A stretch of DNA of 64,000 nt from contig NC_088856.1 of assembly GCF_963853765.1 (NCBI RefSeq), positions 43,896,001-43,960,000 of the forward strand. The letters are read 5' to 3'. Shown piece after piece: positions 35,245-48,030 of the stretch. A program made the position numbers and the translations under genes. Origin of the DNA: Magallana gigas. Its lineage: Eukaryota. The notes below the pieces were generated by a model. It had not been told where the DNA came from and made no database searches. It worked only from the letters and a program-made list of their open reading frames with translations. Position 1 is the stretch's first letter. The number at the start of each line of letters is the position of its first letter.

Positions 35245-37139
35245 GTAAAGAAAACAATATGATATCCTTTATTATTTAAATACTTGTAGTTGCTTTGACG
35301 ATAAAATTAGCAGAAATGATTACCTTTTAAATCATCAATTCTAACAAATGAAAAAAAATGTTGGAATTTGAATGATCTGGTTTTAATTACTAGTATTCTG
35401 TCATAAGTTTATCTTTGATTTTAGTTTTTGGAAGGGGGTAGCTAATGGTCTCTAGGTCCCGGTCTGAAAAAAAGAATCAGCTGGACGATCTGATCGTCAT
35501 CCGATTTGTTTTTATCAGACCGTGAGCTACAAACCTGCAGCTTGGATGAAGAAGGGCAATCTGATTGAAGCAGAGGGGACAATCAATATAACACCCTTTT
35601 TTCTAGATTTCCTTAATTATGAACCTTTTCAAATAAAAATGCACCCAGCACGCATAGTAACCAGGAATTGAACGTTAAATGAATGATTCTTAATAATAGC
35701 GCTGTATGCATGGCATTTGGAAGAGAGAGACCGTGGGTTGATAACATAAGGAATAAAACCGAGGAAGGTAGTTTGATCATTTGTATCCGATATTTAAGTG
35801 AAATGACTTCAGCTTCCTCAACTTTTTTGATCAGCATGGCATCTAAGGCGGCTAATTAGGACCTAGTTTTATTTCATTATCGGTCTGTCAGTTCAATCAA
35901 GCACTCAGCATCCAAAAATTAGAGTCATCTCACCATGCTTTGATTTTATTTTCTGTTACTTAGCATTCAACTCCGACAAATTTTAAAAGGTTTCTCCTTT
36001 CTGATATTTATTTTTTTATTTAGCTTGATTTCAGATACATGTAAAATAAATTCCATCTGTATAGTGATTTTTAAACATTATCTTTTCATCGAGAACATGG
36101 ACAAAGTAATGTGCGTAATTGTATAATTAGTCACTTTTAATTAGGTAACGGTGCATTTTAACAGTATCATTTACTTTTTGCATTCACTTATAATCATTCA
36201 CTCATTCTTAATTTCTTTAAGCTTTGCAGTTCATCATATATCATTATACAAATCAAACATAATAAAGTACAGAAGTGGGTATTTTAGAGGAGACCCTAGT
36301 ACACATATACATATATAAGTAAAAAGGGAAAAGAATCAAAAGAAAAACATCTAAAGTTAATTACAAATATCGTTTCTCAATTTCATACTATAGTAGAATG
36401 ATATATTTGCCGAGGTTACACATATCTTTAAAATTTTAGTTATTAAACAATTGCAACAGCTTGAACATCGGTGGTTTCTCATAAAAATAATCAACATCAT
36501 TTATCAAATAGTGTGGTTCCTCAATTATTTTTTTCTGAGTTAATGCATTACATAATACCGGCGCGTCAATGACATCACTTTTTTAAATGTAGCTTGGAAC
36601 TGGTATATCGAGTCGTTATTTCTTATCTCTTGCTAAAGATTGATTATTATTAGCCTATGCAATGTTTACCGCCTTTGCTCTTGGTGTATGTATTACGTGA
36701 CTTGCACACGTCTGGTCTTGATTGATTATAAAGTACAGGGAAGTAAAAATCTGATAATAATGACGAGCAATGCAAGTTTATTAATCAATGGTAAATGCTA
36801 CTCCTCATTAGCATCTGTTAATCTACATTGATATCCATCTTTTTGCGCATATTGCAAGTTTCAAAAAAGTCATTAAGGAAATATGTCATATCCTAATATA
36901 TGGAACACAAGTTTCATACAAAAATGTCTTCATCTAATGGTGGCACGTTTAAAAAAATCTAAATGCGATCGACAACCTAGAATCTATCAACTTAATCTTT
37001 ATGTTCTGTACAAAATGCAGGAATTTCCTTCGATACTTACTGTTTTTACAGATCAGCAGAACTTTGTGTTCGTTTTATTGGGACTTTAATTGTTACCTTT
37101 TTTTACTTTTCCAATACTAATATTTTTTTTTATTTATAG

Positions 37140-37235
37140 AGCAAAACATCACATTATTTGCGCCTTCCGATGCCGTCTTCGAAGAAATGGGAGCTAACTT
37201 TACAAGTCTCTTGACTAACGCATCAACCATTAAAG
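37140..37235 (+). CDS. FAS1 protein exon 4
   Basis: Acceptor tttttatttatag|; QNITLFAPSDAVF (second H1); donor g|gtatgg. Confidence 0.88.
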
Positions 37236-37284
37236 GTATGGTCTTCATACTGGATAATAAATGATTATAAAAGAAAAACTATTG

Positions 37285-37290
<6 letters not shown>

Positions 37291-37362
<72 letters not shown>
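37291..37362. repeat. (GA)n microsatellite
   Basis: Directly visible. Confidence 0.95.
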
Positions 37363-37365
<3 letters not shown>

Positions 37366-37984
37366 TGCTTCCTAACCACATTATATATTATAAAAATAGA
37401 TGGTTTATGACATTCGGGATCAAAATGCTATATGTTTTTGCGTGTTGAACTTAAATAAAAGTCAATGATGTTCAACCGGCAGCTACAGAATCAGTCATAA
37501 TTATATTCGCCACTGATCTAGTATTTTTTATAGATGAAATTTGCTAAAGAAAGCTAACTTATAAAATTTATGGAACGTTTTATTTAATCATCATTGCATC
37601 TAATCTAACGAAATGTTTTCCTTTTTCATAAAACGTGATGATAAAAACTAGAAACAGACAGCAACGTTTACATTACTGTACTTAGATTTGTAACTTGCCC
37701 AAGCCGATTATTTTTTTCTTCTTCTCCTTTTACAGGCATTATACAGAACTAATTAAAATGAAGCTCAATACACAGTAAAAACATCAGCTGATCAAAACGC
37801 AAAATCTAGAAAGGCCAAAATTGAAATATTTAGTTCACGAAATTTTAAATTGAAATAATGTACTAAAACTTAGAAGTCAGTTTGATATGATATTTTGTTT
37901 GAAAGGCGTTATGTAATATAGGTTAAAAAGTTACAAATAACAGGCAAGCTAATTATCATCACTTTTACATATTTTAACAATATA

Positions 37985-38129
37985 CTGGCGTGCAACCAGT
38001 TCTCGCCGAGTACCATTTCTCGCCAGTACATTGTAACGTCATTTTTCGTCTATAATTTTATGTATTGATAAAATTACGTTAAAATGTCTGGCGAGAAATG
38101 GTACTCGGCGAGATCTGGTCACACGCCGG
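37985..38129. mobile_element. 145-bp palindromic MITE with TA TSD (Tc1/mariner-like)
   Basis: ta|ctggcgtgcaaccagttctcgccgagtaccatttctcgccag ... ctggcgagaaatggtactcggcgagatctggtcacacgccgg|ta. Confidence 0.8.
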
Positions 38130-38200
38130 TATAGTTTGTAGAGGTAAGACCGAAATCTAAGCGGGGAGTTTGTTGATGGTATTATGATTTTTCCATGTTT

Positions 38201-38810
38201 GCTGAATCTTTTGTACAATTGTCTGATGCAGTGTCCATTGTACAATTCTCTTATGCAGTGTCTGTAGTACAATTATCGTATGCAGTGTCTGTTGTACAGT
38301 TGTCTTATGCAGTTTATGTTGTCCCGTTGTCTTATGTAGTGTCTGTTATACAATTGTCTTATGCAGAGTCTGTTGTACAGTTGTCTTATGCAGTGTCTGT
38401 TGTACAATTGTCTTATGCAGTGTCTGTTGTACAATTGTCTTTCGAGTGTCTGTTGTACAATTGTCTTATGCAATGTCTGTTGTACAGTTGTCTTATGCAG
38501 TATCTGTAGAACAATTGTCTTATGCAGAGTATGTAGTACAGTTGTCTTATGCAATGTCTGTAGTATAATTGTCCTATGCAGTGTCTGTTGTACAGTTGCC
38601 GTATGCAGAGTCTGTTGTACAATTGTCTTATGCAGTGTCTGTTGTACAGTTGTCTTATGCACTGTATGTTGTACAATTGGCTTATTCAGTGTCTGTTGTA
38701 CAGTTGTCTTATGCAGTGTATGTTTTCCAGTTGTTTTATGCAGTGTATGTTGTCCAGTTGTCTTATGGAGTGTCTGCTGTACAATTGTATTATGCAGAGT
38801 CTGTAGAACG
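38201..38810. repeat. 27-bp minisatellite (~22 copies), with degenerate copies again at ~39180-39600
   Basis: Unit gcagtgtctgttgtacaattgtcttat; explains the overlapping SVVQLSYAV / CLLYNCLMQ ORFs on both strands. Confidence 0.95.
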
Positions 38811-39610
38811 TGTCTGTAACGTGTCGGGCCTTGACCAGGCGTCTAGGTTCGTGTCCGAGTTTTATAGAGAATGCAAACGAAGAATAAAATGAATCTTGCC
38901 AGGTTTACTGTACAGACCATAGAACAACTAAATAGTGACACCATCTGGCTTTTAAACCCAATGCATTAAATCTAACATAAGTGCTTAAGCACAACCAAAC
39001 ATACTTTTTCGATTTATAAGTCTTTCTGACTAATAAGAAACTACAATAACTGTTTTTGTTGGGTTTTTTTAACAAAATACTTGAATAACTATTTTAATCA
39101 TTTGACATTTTAATTACACTATTTACAATAATTACTGATAAAAAACAAACAAACAAGGGGATATATATCTGTCAACCGTTTCAGAACAATTGTCTTATGC
39201 AATGTCTGTAGAATAATTCTCTTAAGCAGTGTCTGTGGAACAATTGTATTATGCAGTTTCTGTTGTAAAATTGTATTTGCATGTAGTGTTTGTGTACAAT
39301 ATAACTGTATTGTGTGTTAACTGCTGTACAGTTGCATTTTGAAGTGGCTGTTGTACAATCATATAGTGCTGTGTTTGTTGTACCATTATAATTATTATTT
39401 GTACAGTTATCCTGTTCATTATTGTTGTACAGTTATACTGTATGGTGTCGCACAATTGCGTTATGAGATATTTGTTGTGCATCAATGTTGTACTAGATGC
39501 TATCAGTTTTTTAATTGTAATATATGATGTGTTTTGTGCAATTGCACTGTTGTGCAGCTGCACTGTGTGGTATGCATTGCGCATTTCATTGTACTGTTAT
39601 TTGTTACCAG

Positions 39611-39727
39611 CTTTATTCCGAAATCACACGGTAAACAACACGTTTTACACCAACGGCCTTAGAATTCTTGACGGCGGATATATTACTAACTTACCTGGGA
39701 CAAAGCTTCCAATCAAGATAAATCAAG
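39611..39727 (+). CDS. FAS1 protein exon 5
   Basis: Acceptor ttgttaccag|; ALFRNHTVNNTFYTNGL...YITNLPGTKLPIKINQ; donor g|gtaatt; phase 1 at both ends. Confidence 0.8.
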
Positions 39728-41949
39728 GTAATTGTGACGCACGCAAGCGCAAGTTAACGAAGGGGCAATTCAATTAAAAAATATGTTAATGCAATTTTAT
39801 CAGAAAACAAATATATAAAATTAATCATAAATGACTCATTTTGTGATTTTTTTTATTTGGGGGGGGGGGGGGGGGGGGCAAAATAATGCAAATGCTAACG
39901 CTTAAGTCCTTCAAAATAGTAGCAGTTCTTATTTCAGAGTATTTTTTTTCATTTAGAATGAACGCCTCATTTATTCATGTATGAAATATGAAAAATATTA
40001 CATACAGTTGTATTTAAAATTTTTATTATACGCACTGGATAGCAAAACAGTCACTGACAATGTTCTTGATATATATGTATAGAACGGTTTCTTTTGTATT
40101 ACAAAATGGTGGGTTTTTTTTTTTTATAAAAAGTCCCTTTAGCATACTTTGTAAAATATTTCCGTCATTTTTCAGTCACTTTTCGGTTGTCTTGCTGTAA
40201 ATTTTGAATTTATGATGTAAATACATAGTTTACAACATGACAACTGTAAATTTTGTATTTACACCTACAACATGACAGTTAACTGAATGACATTGATCAA
40301 GTTGTGCATGCTCCTTAATATACAACAAGTGCTCCTTACATTCATTGTAACTATGCTCCGAATTATTTTACTTTAATCAAGACCGGTCGATTAGATAGTA
40401 TAGAATGTTTTACCATTTAATCACTCCAAAAAACAAAATAAAAAAAAAACCTAAAGGAAATAAATGCTCATTCTTTCGAAATAAGGAGTACAGAACAACG
40501 TAATTAAACATGGACATTAAAAAAAGAGAGCAGTATTCGACTATCGGTATGATATAGGCTGACTGAGCAATATATTCAGATTATTCATATAAAAATAAAC
40601 ATTACTATCGAGAACATTAATAATTAAAAATATGATGTCACAATGACGTCACAAGTGCCTTATGACGTGGACAAAGGAAAAGAAAAGGGAGGAAATCTTT
40701 TAAACAGTAAATAGAAGTTCATTGACATGCCTGTTATCTTTTGTATATTACACATTAGTGTATTTATACAACAATCGTTAAACAGATATACATTCATACA
40801 CACATTTACAATCACGGCTGCAAAAACTTACAAGCTCGTGGACACTGTGGCAAAGCACTTGTTGTCACAAATTAATATGCACTTCGTCCATATTTATTCA
40901 ATCACCGCCCCTTATCATTTCTTCCAAAACATATGATATTCAACATATTGGATTAAACATCACAAAGCTTAAAATGAGAAAAAATCCGTATGAATTAAGT
41001 ATAATGGTACTGCAAATACAATATAGAAATAGCCAAGCTATATTCTCCAGCATGGTGAACATTTACACATGTCCGGATATAAAACCTCCTCTGATATTCA
41101 AACCAGATATATTATTTTAGTATAAACAAGAGCGATACATTAAGCAAACGATATCAACTGAAAAACAAATCAGGGTATATACTCTCTGCACAGATATTCT
41201 TTAAAAAAAAGCATATTATGTTTGATATACTCAACTGACGTTAAGGTCAAGATCTAGTAAATGAAAGGTGCCTACAGGTTCATAAGATTAAAGATATAAA
41301 TTCTTTCGATGATGCTTCATAACAATAGCTTTGTTTCACAGGGTGTACCGGTGCTATAATGTTTGGTGAACACAATGAAAAATCATGTTTTAAACTGTCA
41401 TTCTTGATGAAATATGAAGGAATAGAGGAAGAAATTCCGGAGTTTTGTCCATTTTGGACAAATGAAATATATCTAGAATGCCTACAGTCTCTCCAAAAAT
41501 GGAATTAAACAAGCTCTTGGCCTCCTCTTTAAAATGATGTCAAATTGAATATAGGCACCGGGATTACTTTTCCCATGATTTAACATAAAATGTCAAGAAA
41601 TTGTTTAATTTTCTACATAATTCCTTTAAAGCCGTAAAGTACGGGAAAAAGATTCTTCAAATCAATTATGACATCATAATGGTTCTAGCACCAAAAAGAC
41701 ACTCTGAAATCATTTACTAGATCTTTACCTTAATATCGATAACATCAACATGTTACTGTGCTTAGCCTGGTCCCAAAAGTTAACGAACTTTGATTTTTTT
41801 TCCAAAGTACATTAACTGTTTTTCGAAGTGATTTGTCAAAATGCGCGCTCATTCAATTTGTGTTGTTCCAAGGGGAAATAGTGCTTGAATAGAAAAATCA
41901 TTTGTTTTCTTTGGCGTCCTTGGTTTTTCTTTTAACACGATAGGTGTGA

Positions 41950-42095
41950 CCAATTAGCAAAGGATGCTCACTCCTTTATGGCACCTGATACTAACTCCAT
42001 TTTTTTTTAGGTCTGTGTTTTTCTGCTCCTGTTTTGTATTTTTCTTTTGGACCTTTGAATTTGAACACTGTTCGATATCACCACATTCCATTTTT
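41950..42095. mobile_element. Short fragment of an interspersed retroelement-like family (Penelope-like end), related to 52525-52590 in the opposite orientation
   Basis: tagcaaaggatgctcactcctttatggcacctgatact aligns with the reverse complement of aggaccagggaccatggaggagaaaacatcctctgctg; family assignment is from memory only. Confidence 0.4.
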
Positions 42096-42515
42096 AATCA
42101 AAGACAGGAAAATATCTTATGTACAGATGCATTTTAAATAAATGTACTTAATAACATTTATTATATATGTATTGTATAGGTTAAAGTTTTTAGGTAAATA
42201 AATATCAAACAATCAAGAAGTCAATCATTTCTGTACCATTCGAACAAGGGTTTGGACTTTGGGTAGATGTGCCAAACAGAAAAGCGACTTGGGCATATCA
42301 ATACTGTCCTTGTGCTGAGATTGTGCAATCTTTGCAATTTGTACTCGAAATCGGCGTTATGTTTAATTTGTTTTGATTTAGATAGATAGTTACGACTATC
42401 AAAAGTCAAAGGTCATGCTCAAATGGTTCTATTTGAATTTTTTTTTTTACAATTTCTGTAGTTCGGCTACTAAATATTTTTACATGTGTCGATTTTTTAA
42501 TTTTTTTTTTAACAG

Positions 42516-42601
42516 GTGTTTATGTGAGCGGAGCTAAACTTGTTGAGGAGGATGTCTCTTTGAAGAATGGAGTTCTACATATAATCAATAAACTCTTATA
42601 A
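42516..42601 (+). CDS. FAS1 protein exon 6 (terminal)
   Basis: Acceptor ttttttaacag|; GVYVSGAKLVEEDVSLKNGVLHIINKLL* (second H2 motif). Confidence 0.9.
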
Positions 42602-43816
42602 AAGCATATTAAATTGTTTTATGATGCGACTGCGAACACGTAAATGCTTTATTTCTTATATCCCTTAACTCTGGTTGTTGTCAATCGTTCTGTTTGTCTA
42701 TTTGTATACTGCATTAAATATTACCGGTTTATCAATATTTCTTGATAAAAATGGCGTTTTGCTTTTAATTAGGGGGCTTTGCTCGCCATCCAGCAAAGAC
42801 AAAAAAAACAATATACTATCATAGTAAATTTCTGTCCCGTTCTGAGGCTACGGGGATAGAGTACCGTCAAAAAAAGAAGGGAAAAAACATGGAAGATAAA
42901 GTACAAAAATCAATTAAAAAAGCAATTGATGGTACGTTAGATGTATCCAAAACGAGGATCAATATAGCATAGATTATGGTATATGACCAGAGGAAAACAA
43001 CGTCTAGAGCGGGCTCCAAAACACACACACAGGACAAAAATCACGAAGTGCCAGAGAATGAAAAGAACGGAATCCTTGAAAATTAATGAAGGTCTACAAG
43101 AAACCTTCAGTGTGAATGAATGAAGCACGTAAAGGCAGAGCAATTTTTGGGTAACATTGACGCTAATTGCAGCAAAATGCGTGTACATGTAGATTACCAA
43201 ACGCTGTTGCGATATTTATTTCTCAATTTATTTGTCATATTTTCATAATTCAAAATGGAAGACGGGAAAACGAAATAGTTCCTTAGTAATTAACAATAAG
43301 GCCAAGCCTTATCTTACTCGATAAAAACAAACACTCTCCACGGTGTAGATAAGTTGATGAAAAACGTAATTAAGATATTGATCTTTAAGTGTGTTGCAAT
43401 GTAGATAGTTCTGGTCATTTTTGTCCATTTTGACAATTTATATTTTTATAAGAAGTTTTGAAGTATTGGGTAATTTAAAATTTTTAAACAGAAATTACAT
43501 TTAAAAGTGTTTTAACAAGAGCTTGAACTTTGGTAATTTGATAATTAACAGAGCATAAGTGATAATCAGTATCAGGTTACATGAACCTACATTAAGCAGC
43601 CGAAGAGGAAGTAGACCATTATTATGTAAAGACGTCATTGTCATTATGAACAAAACGTAAAATCTATATTTTTTTATATTAAACAAATGTTAGATGATGT
43701 ATATACATGTAATTTTAATGATGTTTCTTTGAATTAACATTACATAATAAAATAACGCTTCAGTCAATGACAGTCCATTTCGCCAGATGACTATTACAAA
43801 GCAAAATATTGGTCAG

Positions 43817-43955
43817 GCTCCACCGTCACCAACATTTTCAAATTCCTCAACACATTCCTCAACTCAAATCCTTTAAAGAAATGTGCATAAATTTGAGGTA
43901 AAACCTCAGATTTGAGGCTGAGTATTGACTTGAGGAACGTTGGTGACGGCGGGGC
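43817..43955. mobile_element. 139-bp MITE with a 3-bp CAG TSD (PIF/Harbinger-like)
   Basis: cag|gctccaccgtcaccaac ... gttggtgacggcggggc|cag (TIR 15/17 match). Confidence 0.6.
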
Positions 43956-45734
43956 CAGGTATGATAGATGGAATTAATTTTGCTAACCAGTCAATATTAA
44001 TATTGACTTTATATCAAAGACCTAAGTCTTTTATTATTGTCATTAAAATCATTCAATTGAACTTTTTAGAATTCATTTTTTTAAAGATTTTTTAACGAAA
44101 CAACCTTCTGAATCATGGTTGTACCTTAATATTTTCTAGTTTCATTGTTGGTAAAACTTGTTTTACAAACCTTATATGTTGCTAGTATTAACAGTTCCTA
44201 ATACGATTAGATCTCAAGTATTAATATCCGGCAAAAAATTTGATCGGTTGAGATAAAATCAATAATGTTTGCCATTTTTATGATTTCTGAAACACAACAC
44301 AATCGAAGAATATTATTATAAAAAATGGTAAGATTTCAGGCAACTTCGGACAAGAAGTATTATCGTTAAAACATTTACAGACGACACGTGTTGTAAATAT
44401 ATACAAATATATACAATACAAAAAAAATCGTTTTCGTATTAAAAAAAAAACCGAAACAATACGCAGCAATTTAATATGATATACGTGTACTTTGTTGTTT
44501 GTATATGGTAATAAGAAGATCCACCCTTCCCATAATACATTTAAAAGGGATGAACGTGATGTGCTTCTTCTGTCACCTACTTAACACTTTTTCCACTCAA
44601 GACATTTCATTAAAGTCAATATTGTTCACATTTTTGAGAAAAATAACAAGACATATCGTTTACTTATGAGAATGACAGACTTTAGAGAACTGATTGATGG
44701 CACGTAGACACATGCACATGAGAATATCGTTTACAAATATTTGGATTATGGTTCAATTTGGATCATTATTAAAGCAATTTTAGTTAAAAATTACACAGCA
44801 TTAAATGAGGCTATGGTTGTCTTCAACATTAATTCGTCATTTAAATTCTGCTTAATGTGTTACATAAAATGCTCTTTTTGGTGATTTTTGTGGGTCTGAG
44901 GGTAGCGACACTGCATATAAAAATGCATACCAGTGTTTGCGTGTTGTGTTAATTTTTTTATTTCTGCAAAGGGTCATTATCTTTATTGTTTGCATAAAAC
45001 ATCAGATATAGCAGTTTATTGTTTACATTTACACTTATTAAGAATTAATTAGTTGAAGTAATTAAGTTATTGTTTATGTACTTAATGTACATTAGAAGTT
45101 GAGATGAATGATATAGCCAATTATTCTTATGTGGAAATTTGAGTCAGACATTATCATTCCGTGATTTTTCTTGGGTTGCGCTAGGTTTTGGCATTCGTTT
45201 AACTGATACCTGTATGATATGGATTGTGTATTGTTCAGTACTTTCATTTTCTACACAACTATGCATCGCAATAGGTTTTTTTTTTAGGAAATAAGAAAAT
45301 ATTCTGCGCATGAAAAAAATCACAATATACATTGCCAATTTGTGTTAGTTTTATATTTTTCTTCCAATTTCTGTTTTATTGGCAAACCCTGTTCTATTAT
45401 GCTTTGTCATAATTATGTATACCAGTTATTACACACAGATCTGAAGAAACCGGGAAAACTAATCAAGTAACAGTAATTGATAAAAAAAAACATACATCAT
45501 TAACAAGCACATCACAGTTTACGCCATGAGAGCTTAAAGAAGTTGGGTGGATAACAAATTAACGTCCAGATCTACGTTGTATTTCTCATACAGTGTGTTA
45601 TGCTACAAATTATCATTCAGTAAAACCCCCATTAATTTTAGCTTTAAATTTGAATGTTTTGCAATATAATCGTTCTAAAGAGCTCTTCTTTTAAAGGAGA
45701 TCAATATATTCTATGCCAACGACCATCCACCCCC

Positions 45735-46862
45735 TTAAACCCAACTTCTCAAAGTCATTGTCCTTTGTAAATATCCTGTTCTATCGGTGCACCCACACGT
45801 CAGTTTGAACGACTCGTACATAAACCTGAGAGATTTCTGAAAATGTTTTCCGTAAAGCGCATACAGAAAGAAGTTCATGCTGAAGCTAAAGTAGTATAAG
45901 ATTTGGGATATCTCCTGAATCAGATATTGTGTCATGTTGATATCGAGGGTGGAAACAGATATCAAGCTGGAAAGTTTAGATACATGACTGGGCAAATTCA
46001 GCACCAAAAATGTAGTGGACACAAGGAGAAGTGTTCGAGTCACCCGCATTTGCTGTTTTGAGCGAAAAGTTCTCAGCTTTACACTTTTGGCATCACTCAG
46101 AGATAAGCAGGCTTTTCTTTTTTCTTGGAACTTGGCAGCGGTAAAAGCCACTCGGATGTTCATGTAGCAGATCAGTACGAAAGGGATAAGCATTGTGAGT
46201 ACTGTATCAATCCACGTGACTATATTTAGAAAGTGAATGAAGGATTTGTCGATTGAGCACCGTGCAATACGTTCTGAAGGATAAATAGCAACGTCAGTTG
46301 TCCAGAATGAGAAATGATAAAGACACACTGAAATAATTAGTAACAAAATAACTGTTATTCGCTCACGAACCTTGGTGCAAAACAATTTAGCATGAAGAGG
46401 ATGACATATCGCTATATGTCTTTCGACAGTAAATCCGACTACAAACCAAACAGAGAGAAAACTGGACATATACGTTGAGTAAGCTATGATCCGACATAAT
46501 GGCAGAGAAGTCAAGATATTTCTCACGGATCCATCAAACCACGAAAGAAAAAGGCACAAAAGAAAAACGTTATCCACGAAAGCGAGGGCAACTAGGAATG
46601 TAGAAGACGAAGAGCTACGTAGGTAGTTCGAGGCAAAGACCAACATTGACACAAAGTTCCCGAAAACTCCGATGAAGACAATTGTTGGTATACATATGTT
46701 CCTCATAAGTTTGGCGATGTTATACGTTGCCATTCCATGTTCATCGATGTTATCGTCGAACATGACTGAGGTGTTGGCTGGCTGAGGTTTCAAAAGCACT
46801 TCATATGGAATTAAAATGTTGATGGAGTTATTCAGAACCGACAATTGACGAATATCGTCCAT
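45735..46862 (-). CDS. Class A (rhodopsin-like) GPCR, FMRFamide/sex-peptide-receptor-like group, 375 aa, paralog 1
   Basis: 7 hydrophobic segments: GVFGN (TM1), LAFVD (TM2), ERHIAICHP (TM3), FLVLNLP (TM6), SMNFFLY (TM7). The true ATG at 46862 abuts an acceptor (tacatttcag|ATG); a donor cag|gtaagt lies near 47052. Confidence 0.92.
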   Translation of the reverse strand: MDDIRQLSVLNNSINILIPYEVLLKPQPANTSVMFDDNIDEHGMATYNIAKLMRNICIPTIVFIGVFGNFVSMLVFASNYLRSSSSSTFLVALAFVDNVFLLCLFLSWFDGSVRNILTSLPLCRIIAYSTYMSSFLSVWFVVGFTVERHIAICHPLHAKLFCTKVRERITVILLLIISVCLYHFSFWTTDVAIYPSERIARCSIDKSFIHFLNIVTWIDTVLTMLIPFVLICYMNIRVAFTAAKFQEKRKACLSLSDAKSVKLRTFRSKQQMRVTRTLLLVSTTFLVLNLPSHVSKLSSLISVSTLDINMTQYLIQEISQILYYFSFSMNFFLYALYGKHFQKSLRFMYESFKLTCGCTDRTGYLQRTMTLRSWV

Positions 46863-47889
46863 CTGAAATGTATAATAAATAAACAACAAAAATAAGAATA
46901 TAAAAAATAAATAAATAAAATAATGAGGTTTTTTATCCATTGATAAAAAAGAATTAGTTAATACTGACTTTATAAAAAAACAAACAATTAAACATACTTC
47001 TTTAACATTGATTAATTAAAGCAAAATAAAAAGAAACTCAGTAAAACTTACCTGACTGAGTAATTACAGCGACATCTATCCTGATGAACCGCTCTTTCAT
47101 CACTGAGAGAGCGAGAGCTGAATCTCACGCTGAAATAGTCTACGAGTGAACGATATCATATAGATCCGTCTGATACAGTATACGTACTGCAACCAAAACT
47201 CTGCTCTGACGTATCAAATTAAAAGCCATTGATCATTAGGAGTTTTGGTATTCTCAACAATCAAGAAATTTGTTGTATGCATATTTCACAGTAGTTTGTC
47301 AATATTATTAAGGCATCTTAAGAAGCTATATACGTTTTGTATTTCTTTACATTGTTTATGTCTTGTAAACATGTATTGATTATGTTAAGGATAACGTTTT
47401 ATTTTGTTTCCAATATATCTATGACTATGTGAAAAGCAGACTTACTTTCTTCCAGTTTTTCAATTTTGTTTCCTAGATTATCAGTGACCTAAAGATACGT
47501 CCTTTTTATGCCTTCAAAAGAAAGAAAAGGAAGCACACGATGTTTTTTAGATCTCGCTCGAAATTAATCAGTTTTAAAAATAAAAATGAGCATGCCAGTT
47601 TGAATTATAGTAAGAGTGGAAGAGCGGTTAAAACACTAGCTAGTTTAACCAATTCCTCAAAGGTGGTTACATTTTTTAGGGGTAGCTTGACTGAAATGGG
47701 TGTTTAAAATACGCTACATCATTGAACAAACGTTTTTTTTTTTCAATACTAAACCGACCAAATCTGCTCTTTGTAGAAAAATCCCACAAGTTTTCATAAA
47801 AGATGCCAAGTATGTTTTTCAAAAATATTCAATCATTTTCTTTTGAACGAAGGCGGGGTCTTCCGTTCAAACCGATTTATACCCTCTTT

Positions 47890-48030
47890 AACCTAATAAT
47901 GCTTTGTGCAAAGTTAAATTGATATTGGCTTAGTTCTGATGATGAAGTCGAAAGAGTAAAAAGTTTAAAGACAGACATACGCTGGACAAAAAGTGATCAG
48001 AATAGCTCACTTGATCCGTTTAGCTAAAAT
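47890..48030. mobile_element. Degenerate HINE/Helentron-like 3' end
   Basis: aataatgctttgtgcaaagtt...agacagac...tgatcagaatagctcacttga....agctaaaa, the layout typical of bivalve HINE ends (from memory). Confidence 0.4.

Noticed and set aside
38039-39584. Cluster of Cys/Gln/Val-rich ORFs on both strands resembling metallothionein or keratin-associated proteins
   Set aside because: All derive from the 27-bp minisatellite and its degenerate copies in a FAS1 intron
41340-41520. Possible exon (tttcacag|GCTGAIMFGEH...FCPFWTNEIYLECLQ) inside FAS1 intron 5
   Set aside because: The FAS1 model is complete without it, the frame hits a stop with no clear donor, and I recognise no family
46863-46940. 26-aa hydrophobic N-terminal extension of GPCR1 (MDKKPHYFIYLFFIF...) as a signal peptide
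   Set aside because: It is the T-rich polypyrimidine tract of the intron before cag|ATG; the paralog has the same acceptor and no extension
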